The translations under genes and the position numbers were made by a program. The notes under the pieces were generated by a model, which was given only the letters and a program-made list of their open reading frames with translations, had not been told where the DNA came from and did no database searches. Positions 1 through 13,529 of a stretch of 64,000 nucleotides of DNA are shown here, one piece after another. Numbering within the stretch: the first letter of the stretch is position 1; every line of letters starts with the position of its first letter. This stretch comes from Geosiphon pyriformis uo1 (taxonomy: Eukaryota > Fungi > Glomeromycota), in assembly GCA_016748015.1 (NCBI GenBank), contig JAAOMT010000176.1, positions 358,434 to 422,433 of the forward strand, written 5' to 3'.

Positions 1-3000
1 TGTTGATTCCCTTTTTTGCTAAGCTACTTTTGGATGCTAATTGAACCATTGTTGTTGCTAGAATTTCCAGTGCTATTTTCAGATTGATGCAAGTGCATAA
101 GTAAGGTTCTAATTTGATGGAATTTTTCTCCAGATATCTCAGATCAAATCCTGCATCAGTATCATGTGTGTGTTTAGGCATAATATCTTCATTATTATCA
201 CTAAACCATTTCAGTTCTTGCTCTTTGGTAAGATCAGGTAGAGCGATATATGTTTCGGAGTTTAAATTAGAGTCTGGATTGTTGTTATTTTTGTTGTTGT
301 TTTGAGCAGAACTAAAACCAGTGTTTTCATCATCATCATTGTCAGAGTTTGAATTGGGATTGAAAATTGATTTTGATTCTGATGCACAGTTGCTCATTGG
401 TTTGTCTTCTTCTGGAATTGTGTAGATCATACATGGTAGTGGATTGTAAATAAGGTCACACTCATTACAATACTTGAAGTTACATGGGATCAAACAGTGG
501 TCACATAATCAGATGTTTATTTCTTCCAAGCATTGTTTCTGTTTCTTTCTGGTGGGTGCCAATTGTTGGTAATGTTTATGGAATTCCTTTGAATTGTCCT
601 TGATGTTGCCAAAAATGTTGAAAGTTTAGATGTATTCAGGTTCAAGAAGTGATAAAGGGTTGTTTTTGATTTTTAGTAGTTCACTGGTTGTTGCACTTTC
701 TGCTTTTGCATATGCCATTCTTCAGAGTTCATGTTTGTCATGGAAATATCCTTCTAATTGTTACAACACTCTTTTCCAGACATCATCGATTAGTGTGTCT
801 TTGCATATCCAGTCATTGATTAAGATTGTATATTGGCACATTTCATCGCACATTCCTCCTTGTTTAGGAATGTTGTTCCACATTCCTTCATTTGGAAGAG
901 TTTCTCTACAAGCTAAACATGGTGTATTATCCCATTTTCTCACTTGTTTTAGCCTTCCAAAATGTTCAACAAGATATGCGTGGCAATAAAACTTAGTTGC
1001 CATCTGGTATTCTTTGTTATCAGCACAGCATACACCCATTGAAGACAATTTCTTACCACAATTGGCACATATAAGCTTTAGTCAATAATAATTTGGTTGT
1101 GGTAGTGTGTAAGTATATGCATAATAAATGGTGATTGGTATTGGAATTTCTTCATTCTCTTTCCTTTTTTCTTTGTGGTTATCTTTTTCTCACTCCCAGG
1201 TTGTTGGTAGTTTGTTTTGATCGTTTTCAGTTCTCTAGACTTAATCCAAATTCCAGGTAAGTTCTTCTGTTTGTTTTCCTTTTCCCTTATTGTTCCAGGA
1301 TAATATTGGTGGTAATTTGTTGTGGTTGTCTTTATCAGCCCAGGAAACTTGATAGACTTCCCAGGTAGGTTTCTCTTTTTCTTTTTTCAATTCAATAAGT
1401 GGAGCTGATGGTGTGATAATAGGTTTGAAATGGCCATATATGGCTGGTATGCATGTGTTTCATTTGTTTTGGCTAAGCTGGAGCTCTTGGGTGTTTTAGT
1501 TGAGTGTTGCATTGATTTTGGACAGCCAGTTATTATTCACTAGTGCTTGGTATTGAGTGGCTTCTATGACTAATATCTTGATTGGTACAGTGATACTATT
1601 GATTTTTATGAGCAAATTATTTATTTCACCAATTGGAGTCTTGGTGGCTCCATCAGCTGTAATTATCTTTATACTGGCAGCTCGATTAACTCGATGACCT
1701 AATTGGTCTATAAGCTGTCTTATGATGATGCTGCCAGTTGATCCACTATCTAGGATCAGTTTGATGAACTGACCATCAATTTTGGCATCTGTGTACATCG
1801 CCATGATAGATTTTTCCTCAAGTGTGGCTCTACTGAACAAAAGAGTTTCTGTCAGTTCCTTGATTTCGAAGGGAAATATTGCTGCTAGAGACTCGTTTTC
1901 TATGACAGTGGCTAGTGGAATATTGGTAAGTGGTTGCTTCTGGTTGGGTTCCCAGGTGTTGGATAAGGCATCTTTTAGAGTAACCAGAAGGCTTAAATAG
2001 TTCTAAGAACTCAGGTTTTGAGTATACCCAGTTCCCGAATTCTGCTGTCATGATCCTAATAACTGATTGGATGAACTAGGAATCAGTTGGTGAACAACCA
2101 TTGCCGATCTCCAGTTTTGGGTGACTCTTGATCTAGGGTTTCCTGATCTCATTTGAGTGGAGTTGGGTGATGGTATTTGAACTGTGGGTGTCTGATAAAT
2201 TATTTGTGGCTGCGGCTAATATATAGGTTGAGACTGCGGTTAATAAATGATGAATGCTGTTGGCTGATAAATTGGCAGTTAATAAATTTGTGGCTGTGTC
2301 ATAGGTATATAATTTGGTTGATATATTGCTGAGGTTGATTGATAATTTAGAGCTGAAAATCTGTGATCAGGGTTTCAATATTGATTTCCCAATCATTGGT
2401 TTTCTATTTTTAACTGACAATCAATTCTCAAATGTCTTTGTTTACCATAGTAGTGGCAGATATGCATCTTTTGCTGCCATGGCTGATTGGATGATGATAA
2501 GAAACGTGACTGATTTTGTGGGCAATTTGTGATTCTTAAATTATTGTGTCATTGGAGTGGCTAATAAATTGCGCAATTGTCAGCTAAATACCCTTCCAAC
2601 TTCTGGTTAATGGAATTACTGAATTGTTTTAATTTGGAATTCAATTCAGATAATCTATTCATCACTAAATTTACGGCTTAGGCATGGTTGGCTTCGAATT
2701 CAACTGCTTTAAAATCTCTGGTGTTGTTAACTGCAGCTTGAAGGTCTATTGGATGCATTGAGTATACATGTTGGGGGATGCTACTGCACAGGCCTCTAAT
2801 AAATTGGTTTAGGATTTGTGATGCTGTAAAATAATCAGCCTGAATTGCTTGAATCTGGTGCAGATTCCTATGGAAGCATTCTAAGTAAATAGTGACTGCT
2901 TTATTTTCTTCTTGTTTGATAGTGGTAAAAGTGTTTGCTAGCCAATTAATACTATTGTTGTTGCTGAAGTATTATAAAAATGCAAGCTTGAATACAGCAA

Positions 3001-4230
3001 AATCTTGGGGTTTGTTAGCCAAGCTTTGATACCATAAATTGGTGGTATCTTGGAGAAAGTAAGAAATAATCTGCATGGCTCTGGTGTTATTTCAGCCATT
3101 GGCTGTGATGGCTTTCTCCACATCATTTAGTCACACTTGGGCATCATCTTCTTTGCTGGTGAATTTCTCAAGTTTCGCTATTGGAGTGTAAGCCATTGGA
3201 TTGACATTTGGTTGTTGCAGTTGTTGTTGCAGCTGTTGAAGCAGCTGCTGTGGTTGTTGAAATGGTTGGAGTAGCTGCTGTTGCTGTTCATTAATTGGTA
3301 GAGCTGGATTAATCCCGATTACTGGAGGTAAGTGTTGTTGATTATTGATGTCAAGATTTTAATCATTCTAATTGTGTTGTATTTAGAAATTTGGAGTTCC
3401 GATTTCTGGATTTTCTAAATTTGGATTTTGCTGAGTCTGAAAATTCAGGGTTTCAATGTTCAGGTTTTCTGAGATCAGGTTTTGGTAAATAAATTCTTGA
3501 TCTTCAGATTCTTTTTCCTCTTCTTCTTGTTCTTCCTCTGATTCTGTTACTTTCCAGAGACTTGTGGTTCTGAAATCTGGTTGGGGTGGCAGAGATCAAA
3601 GTCCTAATGGTGTTGGCAATTAGGACTTAAATCTTTCAAAATATGCACTGTATGGTCTTAGAAGATTTTCTTTTCTTTGTTTACTCTGAAATGGGAATTG
3701 TCCAAAGGTTGATGTTATGTGTAATATGAACACGCCTGTTGATGTAATGTTGATGGTGCTTCCGGGTGTATAGTAATATGATGGGTTTGTTGGTAATTCA
3801 ACTTTGGTTTTTTTCCAAGTAGGTGGTTGTATTTGTTTTGGTATTACTGTTAGTGTTTGCAATTTTCCTTTGTCTTTACTGGCATAAGTGATTGGGTATC
3901 TTTGTTGTGTGTGATGTTTAATTTCTTTATTAATCTCAGTAATGATGGATGCAAAATTATAATTTGTTGATAAGCTGGTGTTTTGGATTAATTTGTGGTA
4001 AAAAGTTTCTCTCGCTGATTCAGTGTTTACTGGTGTTCCTAAAAAATAGGCAATTTTTTTGTTGATGTAGAAATTAAAAACTGATTCTGCTGATATCTGA
4101 TTGTGATTTAATCCCAAGTGTTGACAGTAGTGTTAAAATAAGAATTTCACGAATCCTAAATGGTTTGCTCCTATACTTTCTGATTCTGCTACTGTTGATT
4201 TATTTGTTGGTGCTGGTTCTCTGTAGAATT
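1..4230 (-). pseudogene. gag-protease-Cys-rich domain-dUTPase polyprotein of element A (fragmented)
   Basis: ORF fragments 3620-4117, 1496-1840 and 761-1048 are homologous to the same regions of elements D and F; many premature stops. Confidence 0.85.
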
Positions 4231-4233
4231 ATA

Positions 4234-4250
4234 CCTTATAGGAAGCACCA
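4234..4250 (-). promoter_or_regulatory. Primer-binding site of element A
   Basis: Minus strand reads TAACA-TT-TGGTGCTTCCTATAAGG; TGG complements the tRNA CCA end. The same motif follows the LTRs of B, D and F. Confidence 0.8.
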
Positions 4251-4252
4251 AA

Positions 4253-5115
4253 TGTTATAGGTGATTATTTGGGGTCTCAAGTCAAATAACAAATCTGTAA
4301 CTTGGTGTGTAGTTGATACTCGGGTGTTAATATCTGAAAGTTTTGGTTGTGAAGTCTTTTGTATAATGAACAGAGATTTAATAGTTGTTTTAGTAGCCTT
4401 TCGGAATTACAATTCCATCAAATTTTTTTCTCAGCGTGGTGGCCAGTAATCCTCCTGGTAAGCTATTCTCAAACCTATGAGTGTTCTATCCTTGTTTCAT
4501 GGGTCTTTTACCAGTCCCTATGATGTCTGTATCTTAGCACTTAATTCTTAATCAATTTAGTAAAACCAAAGAAATAACAAAAAAAATAAAAAAAAATAAA
4601 AAAAAATAAAGAAATAAACAAAAGCAATTGCAAGTTAGTATCCTGTCAATAGCTGTAATCAAGAGCTATTGTTCCAGCATGATTAAGTATTAATTACTAT
4701 CAACATGAAGTGTTGATAGTGGAGAGTGGATTTGGATGGTAAATAGTTATTTATTTGATATTTTTGAATGGAAGGTTGCTTAGATCAAATCTAAACTGAG
4801 AGGTCTGTCTTTTCTACTTCTAATACTATCACTATATATACATAATTGATGTTCTATAAGATTGCTCACATTTTCAAGTAATGTGCTATGATTTTTTGAA
4901 CAATGCTCACATTGCTGAGCAATATGCTCTAATTTCTAACATTGCTCTATATTGCTGAGCAATGTGCTGTGTTTTCTGACATTGCTCCACATTGCTGAGC
5001 AATGTGCCATGATTTTTGACATTGCTCTATATTGCTGAGCAATGTGCTCATGTGCTAAATACTATTCTCTCATTGGTCTGCTATTTTTTATATCTGTTTT
5101 TTTTTATAAGTAACA
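4253..5115 (-). repeat. LTR, family 1 (CATTGCTGAGCAATG-repeat type)
   Basis: TGTTA/TAACA termini; homologous to 6152-6923, 18499-19369, 41492-42383, 44833-45730, 47633-48495 and 49136-50078. Confidence 0.9.
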
Positions 5116-6923
5116 GCGGTTGCTGAACCAGTTGCTAAATAAGTTGCTGTAGTAGTGGCTGTTGAAAGGGTATTTGCTGCTGTTAAATCGGTTTGATAAT
5201 TGGTTTAATTGGTGGCTGATTGATGACAATATTTGGAGGTAAGTTTTGTTGATTAATTAAGTCAGGGTTTCGGTCATTCTGATTTGGTGGAGTTTCAATT
5301 TCTGGATTTTCTAGATTTTGATCTTGCTAAGTCTGAAAATTTGGGGTTCCAATATCCAGGTTCTCCGTAATTAGGTTCTAATAAGTGAATTCTTGATTTT
5401 CAAATTCTTTTTTCTTTTCTTCTTCTTGTTTTTTTTCCGATTTAGTTGGTTCCCACAGATCAGTAATTCCGAAATCTGGTTGAAGTGGTGATGATCAAAC
5501 TTCTGATGGCATTGGTGATCTCAATTTAAATCTCTCAAAGTACATACCATATGGTCCTAATAGATTTTCTTTCTTTTGTTTATTTTGGAATAGAAATTGT
5601 CCAAATGTTGATGTTGTATTTAATGTAAACACACTTGCTGATGTAATATTGATGGTGCTTCTAGAAGTATAATAATATGATGGATTTGTAGGTGATTCAA
5701 TTCTGTGTTTCTTTCAAGTGGGTGGTTGGATCCATTAAGATATTACTGCTGGTGTTTGTAATTTTCTTTTGCCTTTACTGACATAAATAATTAGGTATTT
5801 TTGTTGTGTATGATGTTCAATTTCTTTATTAATCTCAGTAATGATGGATGTGAAATTATAATTTATTGGTAAGCTGGTGTTTTGGATTAATTCATGGTAA
5901 AAAGTTTTTCTTGCTAATTCAGTATTTACTGGTGTTTCTAAAAAATAGGCAATTTTTTTGTTAATGTAGAAATTAAAGACTGATTCTGCTAATATCTGAT
6001 TGTGATTCAATCTCAAGTGTTGACAGTAGTGTTAAAATAAGAATTTCACGAATCCTAAATGGTTTGCTTCTATACTTTCTGATTCTACCACTGTTGATTT
6101 TTTTGTTGGTGCTGGTTCTCTGTAAGATTATACCTCACAAGAAGCACCAAATATTACAGGTGATTATTTGGGGTCTCAAAGTAAATAACAAATCTGCAAC
6201 TTGGTGCTCGAAGCTGTTGTCAATGATAGAAATCTGAAGATGTGTTTATCTGAAAATTTTGGTTGAGTTTTTTGTATAATGAACAGAGATTCAATGGTAA
6301 TAGTTTTATCCATAGCTTTCCAAAACCGCAGTTTCATTAATTTTTTTTTCAACATAATGGCTGATGTTTCTCCTAGTAAGCTATCTGTTAATATATATAA
6401 TTCTACCCTTATTTCTGGGTTTTTTACCAGTGCTATATCTTGACGTTAGTATCCCATGTGTGAATTCTCAATAGAGTTAGTAATAACAACAATTAAGACA
6501 AGAAAATAAAAGAAATAACATAAAAAAATAAGCCAAAGCAATGAACAAGTTAGTATTCCGTCAATAGCCATAATCAAGAGCTATTGTTTCAGTATAGTTA
6601 AGTATTAATTACTATCAACATGAAGTATTGATAGTGGAGAGTGGATTTGGATGGGAAATGATTTATTTATTTAATATTTGTGAATAGAAGATTTCTAACT
6701 AAAGGATTCTGTCTTTTTTCTACTTCTAATGCTACCACTATATATACATAATTGATGTTCTATAAGATCACTCACATTTCCGAGTGATGTGCTATGATTT
6801 CTTGAGCAATGTGCCATGATTTCTAACATTGCTTCACATTGCTGAGCAATGTGTTCACATACTAAATACTATTTTCTTATTAGTCTGTTATTTTCTATAT
6901 CTGTTTTCTTTTTATGAGTAATA
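5116..6923 (-). mobile_element. Gypsy element B: 5' LTR (6152-6923), PBS and gag N-terminus, interrupted by element A
   Basis: LTR with decayed ends TATTA...TAATA; PBS TGGTGCTTCTTGTGAGG; ORF 5735-6016 closely matches A gag 3620-4117; gag is cut at 5116 by the LTR of A. Confidence 0.88.
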
Positions 6924-7462
6924 GCATATTGCAACTGTTATCATCCTGTGTTTCTGACTCTTCTTTGTCCATGGTTCTTTATAAGGGTTTTGTTTTTGGC
7001 AGTTGGTTTCATAAGGCAGTCACCATTTTTCAAGATCCCAAGGTTGCTTGTTTGGAGATTGTCAAATTTGTGCACTTTTTTAGTCTTGCTTTTAGGAGTG
7101 ATATCTGGTCAGTTTATACTAAACATTGTGCTTATATAGAAAAGAAAGAATCAATTCTTCTTAATGGTTTAGTTCTTGTCTCAGTTTCTGGTTTGGTTTC
7201 AGGATTGTTGGCTGGAGTGGTCAAATTCCTTGGCATTGCTAATGCTTTTGGTGTTTGTTTTGGCTTTTGCAAATCTTGTTTGTTTTTTTCAGACATAGAT
7301 AACTTAGTTTCAGTTCACATAATTGTGTAGTGTTGTTTTGATTAGCCTAAATGGCTGATCACATATGAAAAATACATGATTCATGCCTAGTATAGATTAT
7401 TTCTTTAATATATAGCACTAGGTTGTGTTTAGATTTCACTCATAAAGCTAATAAAAAAAAAA
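6924..7462 (+). mobile_element. 3' end of a LINE (ORF2 C-terminus, 3'UTR, poly-A), cut by element B
   Basis: ORF 6914-7330 (LYKGFV...GVVKFLGIANAFGVCFGF...FFS) aligns with the end of LINE ORF2 at 34130-34503; same GTGTAG stop context, 3' stem-loop and A tail. Confidence 0.88.
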
Positions 7463-7898
7463 TAATAATAATTTTTAATAAAATGTAAAAATAAAATTTG
7501 TAAAATAATTTATAATATTAGAATTAGATTAAATAATATGGTTTATTATTTTTGTGATTTTTAAATAACTTTAATAATTAATTTTAATAATTTTATTTTA
7601 TTTTTTAATTTGTATTTAATAGTAATTATAATTTAAATTTCAATTAATAATATTATTTTAATTAATCAAATAATTAATTATGTATTAAAATTGTATAAGC
7701 TGTATTTATTATAAAATATATATTTTATTATATTATAATAAATAAGAATTGAATTTTTATTTATTAATTAATAATAATAAAAAATAAAACAAAATTAAAA
7801 ATAGTTAAAAAAAATTAAAGTTGTATTTTTAATTAAAAACACAAAATTATTGTTTTAAACAATATTAAAAAATTTTAATATTAATATTTAAAAAATAA

Positions 7899-7900
<2 letters not shown>

Positions 7901-7936
<36 letters not shown>
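7901..7936 (+). repeat. (TAA)12 microsatellite in an extremely AT-rich tract
   Basis: Read directly. Confidence 0.9.
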
Positions 7937-8329
7937 GTTGTAAATACTTAATTTATTTATATATATTAGATAATATTTAAATCATACTTATTAAATTAAT
8001 ATTATTAATAATAATTTTTGTAAAAATTTTAAAAATAAACAAAAATTTAATGTAAACTTATTATTAAAAAACTTAAATTTTAATAAAAAAATTTTAAAAT
8101 AACTTAAATTTGTATTATTAAAAATAGTTTTATAATATTTTTAAATATAATAAAATAATAATTGTTTCTTTGTTTTAATTATATTTAAAACATAGAATTA
8201 CTTAATTTAATTAATTAAAAATTTTTTTTTAATAATAGCTAGAAATTATTAATATTAAAATAATTTATATAAAATTTGTTTTTAATCTATATATAATTTT
8301 TTTAATTTAAAGTTAATTATAAAAATAAC

Positions 8330-10550
8330 TTTTTTTTCTCTTTATTTTATAATTATAACTAAAACAAAAAATAAAATTTTTTTTAAAAAAAGTCTTTTTA
8401 TTGTTAAAGCAGCTAGACAAAACATTTTAATATTTTCTTTAAATATTAATAGTAAAAAACTGTTTTTAATGATTTTTAAAACATTTTTTTACTTTTAATT
8501 AGTGGTTTTTTCAGTTAAAGTTTTTTCTAAAAGATATACTTAAATTAGTTTTAGTGTTGTTTTTACTTTTTTTACAAGCCCAAAAATATTTAATAATAGA
8601 CTAATTAACAAGTTAATTTTTCTTGCCATTATTATTAATATTATTGCTATTTTTTTATAAATAACCAAAAAAGCCAAAGAATCAAAAAAACAGTAGCAGT
8701 TATTTATGTCTATTATTGTTATATCAAACTTTTTTGTGGTTCTAAATAAGATCTTAAATAAAATTTTTTTAATAGTAACCAGCTTTTTTTTTAATATGAA
8801 TAACAATAATAACAGCATATCTTCTAAAATAAACCAAGATTAATTATTGGCTGTATTGCCAAATATGATGTTTTTTAGCAGATTATTACTGATTTTAGAA
8901 CCAAATAACTTATTAAGTTATTTAATTTTAAGAATTAGATAGATTAAATAAAAACTGAATTAATCTTTTTTTTTGTTTTTTAATACTGTCTTTAATAATA
9001 TTTAAAAAACAATTTTTAGTTGTTAAAAATTTTTTAAATAGGTAGTTTTAATTTTAATGTTTGATTTTACTTTTAAGATCAAGTTAGTCTTAATTGATTT
9101 TTTATTTTATTTGTTGCTTAATTTTGTTGAACTTAAATCGGTTTTTAAAGACAATATTAAGTTGTTCTGTATGGATTTTGTTTTTAAAGCTTTCTTAGTT
9201 GTTGTTATTGTTAAAGTTTTTATTAGTGGTTTTTTTTAATTATGTTTAAATTACAAAAGTTTTTGTAATAATTTTTGGCTCTTTTCTCTTTATATCTATT
9301 GTATTTTATAATATTTTAATTAATATATCTTTTAATAATATTAAAAATACTTTTGGTATTTTTGGTGTTGTTATTTCTGTTAAATTAAAGTCTATTGGTT
9401 TGTAACAATATGTTATTGTTAATTTTAAAGACTTTTTTTTGTTGTTATTGCTTTTAGTAACTGGTTTCTATTAATAAAAAAGACAGTATTTGAATTTTTT
9501 TTCTTTTTAATTAAAAAAAAATCATTATCTCAAGAAATTTTTTCAAGACCAAATTGATCAATTTTTTTTTTGGTTATATTGTTTTTAAAATTAGTAATAT
9601 AATTTTTCAGATTGATGATCATACTTGTTTTATTTTTTTGTTTTCTAAATTTTTATTGTTGTTAATGTTTTGTTGTTGTTATTTTTGAGTCTTATAAAAT
9701 ATTGAAACTTGTTGTAATAAAAACTGGTACTTTGTACAAGTATTGTATTTGGTAAAAAACTTTTAATTATAAAATGTCTCTATTTCTTTCTATTAAATTG
9801 TCTTCTAAGTTTGTTATTGGCTTTTAGTCTTTTATATTATCTGTTGTTAATAGCAAATCTTATGTTATGACTTTTGTTTTTCTAATTATTTTTTTTGCTG
9901 TTCTTTTAACTGTTTTTGCTGTTGATTTTGCTATTAAGTCTAGATTAGACTTATTGAAATTTTAAATTACAGATTTGGTTGTTTTAGTAAAGTCTATTAT
10001 TAAATCTATTGGTTTTTTGGTTGCTTTAAAAACTTTTTTTATGTTTAAAAATATATGCAAAAATCACAAAATTAAGAAAAATCTGCTTATTATGCTTAAT
10101 ATCTTCTAAAAATTTGTTTTTTTTTTGGCTAGTATGTTTAAAAATTTTGTCAGTCTTAAAACTAAAGTTGATAGTAATATGAATAATAATAATTTAAGTA
10201 CTGCTAAAACATGTTTTTTAAGTAAAAAAACATGTGACTATATAATTGTTTTATAATAAATATAAAATCTTAAAGTTAAGAGTAATATTAAAAAAATTAG
10301 ACTGTTTTTAAGTAAATTTATTTTTAAATCTAGAAATTTGAATAATATTATTAAGAAACTTAGTAAGTAAAATTTAATTCTAGCTTTTTTTAGTTCAGTT
10401 TAGTTAGTGTTTTGATTAATTTAGGTGGTTAATTACATATAAAAAATATTTAATTAATATTTAATTTAAGTTATTTAGTTTAATATATTGTATTAAATAG
10501 TTTTCTGACATATTTTATTAAAACATTAATAAAAAATAAAAAATAAAATT
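8330..10550 (+). mobile_element. ORF1-only non-LTR element, copy 1 (heavily decayed)
   Basis: Colinear with the reverse complement of 10887-13170 from the start context to the decayed 3' stem-loop near 10410-10440; differences are almost all C>T or G>A. Boundaries approximate. Confidence 0.8.
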
Positions 10551-10886
10551 AAGTTTTTTATATAAAATTTGTATTTTAAATTTTTTTAATTAAATTTTTG
10601 ATTTTTTTTCTTATTATTTTCAAATTACAAAATTTTTTATAATATTTATTTTTGTTTCTGTTGTTTTAATTTTATATAATATTTTTAAATATTACTTTTA
10701 ATAAAATCAAAAATATTTTAAATATTAAGTTAAAGTTTGTTAATTTGTGACAATATATTATTATATAGTTCAAATTTTTTAAAACTATTTAAGTTATTTT
10801 TTTTTGTTAATTTGTTTTAATAAAAAATAATATTAAAATTTTTTTTCTTATTAATTAAAAAAAATATATTGTTTTTTTTTTTTTTT

Positions 10887-13170
10887 TTTATATTTTAATA
10901 AGCGAGACCCAAATATTACCTAAACTATGATACCACAGAAGAGATTACATTATAGGCATAAATCATGTGTTTTCTACATGTAATCAGACATTCGGTCCAA
11001 TCAAGGACTCACTACACTGAATCAAAAGTAGGTGAGAATAACCCCAACCCATGAATTCTCTCAATGATACCATTTAGATTCCTAGAGTCAAAAATAAACT
11101 CACTAAGAAACAATCTAGTAGACTCAATATTGCTTCTGGTTTCAGCACCAAACATTCGCCATAAAGCAATGACATACTCAATAGTGTCTTCACTCAAAAA
11201 AGAAGACTTAGCAGCCAGAACACCATCATAATCCATTTTACCAAAGTCAACCTCAGATCTAAGACAAACAATGTTCTTGGAAACTCCAAACAAGAGGTTA
11301 GAAAAATTGTTAACAGCACTCTTCATGGAAATGATATTTTTCTCGACCTGAACAGCTTTAATGGCATTATCATTAAAAAGACGAGACACCAAAGCAACTA
11401 AAAAACCAATAGGCTCAACAATAGACTTAACCAGAGCAGCCAGATCCGAAATCTGCTTTTCCAAAAAGTCCAACCTGGAACTAACAGCAGGATCAACAGC
11501 AGAAGCTGAAGAAGCCACTAAAGAAGGAAACTCAGAAAGACCAGAAGGAGCAGCAGTCTTGGCATATGAAGCAGAACCCACAAAACAAGACTTGAAAACT
11601 TTGAGAACCTTGAGAGTGGAAGGTGGGGAAATCTTGCAATTTGCAGCCAAATGGCCCATTTCTTGACACCTAAAGTAGCGCCAGCAGTCAGAAGTTTCTT
11701 ACCAGATACAGCATTTCTTTAGGGTACTAGTCTTGATTACAGCAGAATCCAAATCACCTTGAGAGTCAAATGTAACCAAAGCAAACCAGGAACGACGACC
11801 AGAATCAGAAGAACAAGAAATGAAACATGTTTGACCACCAATCTGAAAAATCATATCACTGATTTCAAAGGCAGTACAGCCAGGGGGAAGGTTGACTAAT
11901 TTGGCCCTAAACTTATCACAAGACAAAATAGTCTCATTTTGATTTATCAGAGGGAGGATTCTAACACTATCCTTGCCCATTAAGACTGACCAATGCTTCA
12001 AGGCAAACACAGCAGAGTCCAACTTTTCAAAATAAGCCACCACATACTGCCAAATGCCAGCAGGCTTCAGCACAACACGAGTGACACTACCAAACACACT
12101 GAGAGCCAACTTAATGTCAGCAGCAGATACACCCAAAGGTACATCATGCAGCGCAACAGCAGCAGAAGAGGAACCAAATTCAGAAACCACCAGAGACTTG
12201 GCAATTTTAAGAGTGGCCAAATGAACAGAGCTTGTAAGCTCAACCAGAAATGCAGCTTCCAAAGACTGTTGAGAAGCAAACTCCACACAGAAAAGCTTCC
12301 CATTGTCTTTTGAAACAGATTTAGCACCCAAGAAACCATGCACAGACTGAAAAACAGTCTTAACATGAGCCAATTTGATCTTAAAAGTAGCACCAGGCAC
12401 CAGAATGGAGGCCACCCACCGAGCAAATCTTTGACAACTAGTAATAGTTTTCCAAGCACCACCAGAAGTAGCACCAAAAACTAGAGGAGGAGATAAATCA
12501 GTTTCCATTTGATCAGCCCAGTTTTCAAGAACAGGTGACCCAACAGGAGGAGATTGTTTTGCTTCTAAAACTGGCGATGATCTGCCAGAAAACACCACAT
12601 TTGGCAACACAGCCAGTGGTTGATCTTGGCCCATTTTGGATAACGTACCAGATGACACTACTGAGATCTCATCTAAGATCTCATTGGGAACCACAAAGGG
12701 GTTCAGTGTAACAATAGCAGAGGCAAGTGACTGCTCCCACTTTTCTGAACTTTTGGTCTTTTTGACCATTTTTTTTGAAGAAGTGGTACCAAAAGCACCA
12801 GGTGTTAAGTCTATAGAGGGGAAGACCAGCTTATTTACTGGTCTATTATTAAAAACTTTTGGGCTCTTAGTCAGAGTGGAGACAACACTGGAACTAATCC
12901 AAGTGTGTCTCTTTGAAGGAACTTTGACTGGTGAAGAACCAGCCAAAGATGAGGAAGTTAATTCAGTGACTACCAAAGACAGCTTTTCACGATTACTGGG
13001 TAAGGGGAAGGCTTCTAAAACGTTTTGCCTAGTCGCTTCTACAACAGAAAGAGCTCCTCTGGTTGAAATTTTATTAGATATCTTAGGACAGATATCAGGT
13101 GCAGCCTTTTTACTCTTTGCTCTGGTTATGGTCATAAAATTAAGGAGACAAAGAGTTTTCCTTTTAAGAT
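10887..13170 (-). mobile_element. ORF1-only (HAL1-like) non-autonomous retroelement, copy 2, near intact
   Basis: Single ORF1-like frame, LINE-type 3'UTR, poly(A); flanking direct repeat TTG-T15 at 10869-10886 and 13171-13188 (TSD); no EN or RT sequence. Confidence 0.88.
11012..13135 (-). pseudogene. LINE ORF1-like protein (RRM-like regions, CCHC knuckle remnant), one premature stop
   Basis: ORFs 11699-13135 and 11012-11659 are in one frame, separated by TAA at 11699-11701. VALHDVPLGVSAADIKLALSVFGSV..GIWQ..WSVLMGKDSVR matches LINE ORF1 VIVKDIPVDLPKLAIGVVFSRFGKI..GLWQ..SVLMGKDLVR; knuckle remnant YFRCQEMGHLAANC. Confidence 0.85.
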
Positions 13171-13529
13171 TTGTTTTTTTTTTTTTTTATAATATATTTA
13201 AAACCAAATTAATTAATTTTTTTTTTGGCTATATAATTTTTGAAATTAATAATTTTGGTTTTTTAAATTAATAATTAAATTTGTTTTAATTTTTAATTTT
13301 TTAATATTAATTATTGTTAACTAATTATTATTATTATTATTTTTAAGTTTAAAAAAGTTCTTAATAATATAATTTTTAAGATTAATACTTTATATAAAAA
13401 TTATATATTAATAAAAAACTTAAATATTAGTATTATTACAAATATTAAAGTTTGGTTTTTGTTTATAAAACTGTTTTTATTACTTTTATTATTATTATGT
13501 TTAATAAGTAAAATTTAAACAATATAAGA

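Larger units (their letters stand above)
1..5115 (-). mobile_element. Ty3/Gypsy LTR retrotransposon A, 5' part (runs off the left edge), decayed
   Basis: 5' LTR at 4253-5115 (TGTTA...TAACA), PBS next to it, then stop-riddled gag, aspartic protease (LILDSGSTG, ORF 1496-1840), Cys-rich domain (ORF 761-1048) and dUTPase start (1-230). Confidence 0.9.

Noticed and set aside
6924-6927. GCAT flank matching GCAT at 47629-47632, as if one LINE had been split
   Set aside because: Order, orientation and LINE positions are incompatible; better explained by the shared target preference.
8540-9239. Short Leu/Ile/Lys/Phe-rich ORFs in AT-rich DNA
   Set aside because: Chance or relic frames in decayed repeats, not host genes.
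12636-13271. 211-aa antisense ORF and similar antisense ORFs over LINE and Gypsy coding regions
   Set aside because: Shadows of biased codon usage on the opposite strand; no independent features.
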